Origin: a virus
Length of the DNA stretch: 64,000 nucleotides
Direction: 5' to 3' (one strand)
Virus record (IMG/VR): IMGVR_UViG_3300029858_000005
Below the pieces are notes generated by a model. It was not told the origin of the DNA, made no database searches, and worked only from the letters and a program-made list of their open reading frames with translations. A program made the position numbers and the translations under genes. The stretch's first letter is position 1; every line of letters begins with the position of its first letter. This document shows, piece after piece, positions 61,003 to 64,000 of the stretch.

Positions 61003-62184
61003 TTACTGTTTATTCAGATAGTCGATGACTTTTCGGTTCGCCTCGTCTATCTTCTTATTGTCGAACTGAATATAAAGGTCAGTGGTTGAGGAATCCCACT
61101 CGCTATGACCTAGAGCCTTACCGATAACTTCCTTCGGGATATCAATACTCGCCGCTATGGTAGCCCAGCTTCTTCTGGCAGTATACCATACTATATCCTT
61201 GTGAAGTGGCTTGATTTCTTTCTTGATCAAGGCGCCACGCTTGTTTTTCTTCATTTCTGTTGGTCCGATTCTCTTCAGATAATCTCCTAGCGTTCTCCTG
61301 AAGCTTGATTCCTTCGTTCCATCATCAAGAATGCACAGAAGATGGTCCTTTCCCTTATACTTCTTAATAATTTCCATAGCTTCCGGCTCAACCTTGATGT
61401 CGTAGAGTCTGCCGGTCTTGTTGCGCTTGTATTGAATGCGCCCTTTCTTGATGCAGTCGTCAGGAAGTTCGAGCAGGTCGGACAGGTTGATGCCTACAAG
61501 GTAGAACCCGAGCATGAACAAGTCACGGTACTTCTCCATGAAAGGTTCAACCGGGAAGTCGCGATACTCCCTCATCTCCTCGGCACTCAGATACAGGTAC
61601 TGCTGACGCTCCGTCTTGATGGAAAACTTACGGAAAGGATATTTGGTGGTAATCTCATTATCTATGGCCCAGTTGAACACCGTACGTATGTTTCTGAGGT
61701 CGATGGCTATTCCACCGCTCATGCGGCCCTTCAGAAGCTCATGCGCCTGGAATCTTTCGAGCCAGTCCCTGTCGATGTTGTCGAAATCCGCATGCTCATC
61801 GAAGGATTCAATTCTCTTCTTTGTTCTTAGAAATATCTCCTTGGTGCTGTCCTTGGCCTTGGTCTTGATGAACTCATCGATGTAGTAGAGGATATTCTTC
61901 TCTACAGATGCAGCCCTTCCGTTGATGATGGCTTTGATTTCGTCCTTCATCCTTGCTGCCGGAAGATCACCGTTCATATAGACATATTCTTCCACGGACG
62001 CAAATAGCCTTGCTAGCATGGCCGTCTTGGCTCTTGCGTTCGGAACACTCTTCGGGAATACCATCCCGCTGAACTTGACGGTACTCGTGATGCCGGTATA
62101 GACCTGGAATCTCTTTCCCTGATAACTGATGATGAAGAAAACCTTTAGGGACTTTCCTTCAACGTACGTCTTGATGCTATTCAT
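61003..62184 (-). CDS. int: tyrosine integrase (Bacteroidales phage/CTn type)
   Basis: 393 aa. ARRSWATIAAS (Arg) and LGHSEWDSSTTDLYI (His...Tyr). It sits adjacent to the att-like site. Confidence 0.85.
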   Translation of the reverse strand: MNSIKTYVEGKSLKVFFIISYQGKRFQVYTGITSTVKFSGMVFPKSVPNARAKTAMLARLFASVEEYVYMNGDLPAARMKDEIKAIINGRAASVEKNILYYIDEFIKTKAKDSTKEIFLRTKKRIESFDEHADFDNIDRDWLERFQAHELLKGRMSGGIAIDLRNIRTVFNWAIDNEITTKYPFRKFSIKTERQQYLYLSAEEMREYRDFPVEPFMEKYRDLFMLGFYLVGINLSDLLELPDDCIKKGRIQYKRNKTGRLYDIKVEPEAMEIIKKYKGKDHLLCILDDGTKESSFRRTLGDYLKRIGPTEMKKNKRGALIKKEIKPLHKDIVWYTARRSWATIAASIDIPKEVIGKALGHSEWDSSTTDLYIQFDNKKIDEANRKVIDYLNKQ

Positions 62185-62186
62185 AC

Positions 62187-62479
62187 TTACTCACAGATTT
62201 TACTCACAACTCAATTTTACTCACATATTACTCACAAAACTACTCACATTGGCGTACATTATGCACGATTTTGTACCTATTTTGTGGGTGAAAATGATGA
62301 TTTTTGATTATGTTTTTATAGTGAAAAACGATGTAAGTGGTTGATTATCAATACTTGAGCGAGATACGGGAGTCGAACCCGCCTCACAGGCTTGGGAAGA
62401 CTCTCTTGTGCTTTGATAAAACGCTAACGCTCTGATACTTAGGGCTATCGAATAACACTGCACTCACATATTACTCACA
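62187..62479. other. attP-like site: seven direct TTACTCACA arm repeats flanking a tRNA 3'-half core
   Basis: Repeats at 62187, 62200, 62217, 62228, 62240(C), 62460(G) and 62471. The core at 62358-62399 on the minus strand reads as anticodon-loop-to-acceptor sequence. Confidence 0.65.
62358..62399 (-). tRNA. partial tRNA (3' part only: T-arm GCGGG-TTCGACT-CCCGT, acceptor 3' strand, possible UCC anticodon loop); not a complete gene
   Basis: Minus strand reads cttcccaagcctgtgaggcgggttcgactcccgtatctcgct. No complementary 5' acceptor strand or D-arm could be found upstream. Confidence 0.5.
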
Positions 62480-62488
62480 AATTCTATT

Positions 62489-62977
62489 CTATTTAACTTT
62501 CTTGAGGGTGTAATAGCTATTGTAAGTTGTGTGAAACCAAAGTTTTATTGTACCATCACTTTCAAAGTCTATGTCATGGGTTCTTGGCATGCTTGACTCC
62601 GATTTATATGTGTATAATGTAAAACCAGTTGCTTCGTAGTATTGCAAACTCCATTTTATAAACGACAAGTCTTCTTTTACGTCTTTCGTCATAAAAGGTT
62701 CTTCTCCGTCATAGTATACATAAGCAGTTGCTTCGCCAGTACACTTCGTTCTCTCGCTACTCATAAGCTCCAGATAGCAATCTCCCTCTATCCTGATTTT
62801 TGGATTATAAACTCCACCGCCAGAACCACCACCGATAACTTTCCATTTGCCGATGAGATAGTTTTCTCGATCGTTCTGAATCTTCTGGTCGTTGATAGAA
62901 GAGTCATCGCTACTGCTGCATGATGTGAATGATGCTCCTGCAAGAAGTATCATTGCTGCTAATAATACCTTCTTCAT
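62489..62977 (-). CDS. lipoprotein (lysogenic-conversion / exclusion candidate)
   Basis: Signal peptide plus lipobox, MKKVLLAAMILLAGASFTSC. Confidence 0.65.
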   Translation of the reverse strand: MKKVLLAAMILLAGASFTSCSSSDDSSINDQKIQNDRENYLIGKWKVIGGGSGGGVYNPKIRIEGDCYLELMSSERTKCTGEATAYVYYDGEEPFMTKDVKEDLSFIKWSLQYYEATGFTLYTYKSESSMPRTHDIDFESDGTIKLWFHTTYNSYYTLKKVK

Positions 62978-62997
62978 AATCCTTATATATAATAATG

Positions 62998-63576
62998 TTA
63001 TACCTCGATTCTGTTATCTGCAAGAATCTTCCTTAGAAGACGAATCTCGCTGTCTTTTGACCTTATTATTTCATCCTTGGCATTGATGATCTGAATGAGC
63101 TGAGCATTCTTCTCTTTAAACGAATCCTCTTCCCGATCCTTAGCGCGGTCTGTTCCGGTTTCGATGTTCTGTTTGTTATTACCGACGAACATGCTTGCTA
63201 TTACAGGTGTTGGAGAGCTCGGGTTGTTTTTTAAGTATTCGGCCATACGCTCTATTTCCGCTCTTAGCACTTCGTCGTTAATATGCATACCAGGATAACT
63301 GCCAGACATTCTGTTTAGTTCCCTCGTCTTCTCCTCTAGTTTCTCAGGCAAGTACATCGGGCCGATGCCGGTTTCAAGCCACTGGTCGTTAACTAGCAAT
63401 GAGTGTTTCATCTTACTTATGTCCACCTTGGTGATAGCGACCTTGCCGTCGAGCTTCCTACCGATATTACTTATATCGGTCACCTTCATGAACTGCTGCT
63501 TGTTAAGCTGTTCGCACTTCATTACTTCCTTCAGTCTTTCTTGTAGTTCTGCTACACGATTTTCTGTTACTGCCAT
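62998..63576 (-). CDS. putative repressor-like regulator (N-terminal DNA-binding-like region, C-terminal coiled coil)
   Basis: 192-aa ORF divergent from a plus-strand promoter. It occupies the lysogeny-module position next to int/attP. Functional call is weak. Confidence 0.4.
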   Translation of the reverse strand: MAVTENRVAELQERLKEVMKCEQLNKQQFMKVTDISNIGRKLDGKVAITKVDISKMKHSLLVNDQWLETGIGPMYLPEKLEEKTRELNRMSGSYPGMHINDEVLRAEIERMAEYLKNNPSSPTPVIASMFVGNNKQNIETGTDRAKDREEDSFKEKNAQLIQIINAKDEIIRSKDSEIRLLRKILADNRIEV

Positions 63577-63680
63577 ACACTTTTAGTTTTATATACGCAA
63601 CTAAAACCGCTCAAAGTGCTAATAAAGGTTAATGGTACAAGAAAAACGTGTAAATCATTTGTTTGTTACACGAAATTCAT

Positions 63681-63688
63681 GTACCTTT
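63681..63688 (+). promoter_or_regulatory. -7 promoter motif (TACCTTTG)
   Basis: Lies in the divergent region upstream of the ATG at 63834. Confidence 0.4.
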
Positions 63689-63833
63689 GCACTCGTTAAC
63701 GGTCGAGTAACCAACAAAGCCGTTACAAACGGAGGCTTGTGCGACCGAAAGTACGTACTTTACATTGACACTGCAAATATACGACTTTTTTCGCATACCT
63801 CCAAATTTTTAATGAATTATTTAAGTAACAAAG

Positions 63834-64000
63834 ATGAAAAAAGTTGCAAGAATAACAAAACAGGACATATTGGGCATCAAACCAGGAAAATTTGAAGTCT
63901 TCCTGCTTGAGTCCGCAAGAGCAGTTCGGTCGGCAGTAACATATGCTTATCAGCTCGCTCAATATGAAGATTTGCCGAAGGGCGTGCTTAAATACTCAAC
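63834..64000 (+). CDS. hypothetical protein, 5' partial (runs off the window)
   Basis: Hand translation gives MKKVARITKQDILGIKPGKFEVFLLESARAVRSAVTYAYQLAQYEDLPKGVLKYS, open to the window end. Confidence 0.45.
   Translation, partial: MKKVARITKQDILGIKPGKFEVFLLESARAVRSAVTYAYQLAQYEDLPKGVLKYS

Noticed and set aside
62341-62470. Complete tRNA gene next to the integrase
   Set aside because: Only the T-arm, the acceptor 3' strand and a possible anticodon loop are present. No sequence complementary to the acceptor 3' strand (ATCTCGC) and no D-arm exists within 90 nt upstream, and the anticodon stem does not pair. I interpret it as the att core.

Overview
The window reads as most of a temperate, siphovirus-type dsDNA phage genome. 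The host is probably Bacteroidales-like. I infer this from many TAnnTTTG (-7 type) promoter motifs, the absence of Shine-Dalgarno sequences, and a tyrosine integrase next to a tRNA-derived att core. All calls rest on ORF structure, motifs read by eye and gene order; no database search was possible.

Layout:
- (1) 126-25766, minus strand: late structural operon. It runs scaffold, decoration-like protein, major capsid, four neck/connector proteins, major tail, a G/GT chaperone pair with an A10 -1 frameshift site, a 2069-aa tape measure, a Dit-like protein, a 2625-aa tail-tip/fibre protein ending in a peptidase-S74 chaperone domain, and AT-rich distal genes.
- (2) 25913-31231, plus strand: large terminase interrupted by an intein, portal, MuF/SPP1-gp7 head-morphogenesis protein, and a possible small terminase.
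- (3) 31432-35856, minus strand: small genes plus a D5/P4-type primase-helicase.
- (4) 35857-36777: AT-rich divergent control region with iteron-like repeats.
- (5) 36778-56139, plus strand: about 35 mostly tiny early genes. They are separated by a very regular intergenic cassette: stop codon, AGCCWAA, a variable hairpin, TWAACCAW, then AGAATTATG.
- (6) 56910-60839: a chimeric HTH / sigma-region-4 / RNAP alpha-CTD-like regulator, a small radical-SAM protein, and membrane proteins.
- (7) 61003-62480: integrase plus an attP-like site. Arm repeats lie on both sides of a tRNA 3'-half core, so the genome appears to be in the unintegrated configuration.

Most unusual signal: a group-II-intron-like reverse transcriptase (44610-45875) sits inside the early operon. 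It is not of the DGR or retron type. It is followed directly by about 1.3 kb (45876-47160) that has no ORF on either strand, looks more G+C-rich than its surroundings, and is packed with long perfect hairpins. I read this as a candidate RT plus large structured ncRNA module with no obvious described counterpart.

Other notable points: a second ORF-free structured region (37341-38060), three families of covarying intergenic cassettes, an 11-mer repeated six times, a class-3-type intein in the terminase P-loop, and a compositionally mosaic tail-fibre gene.
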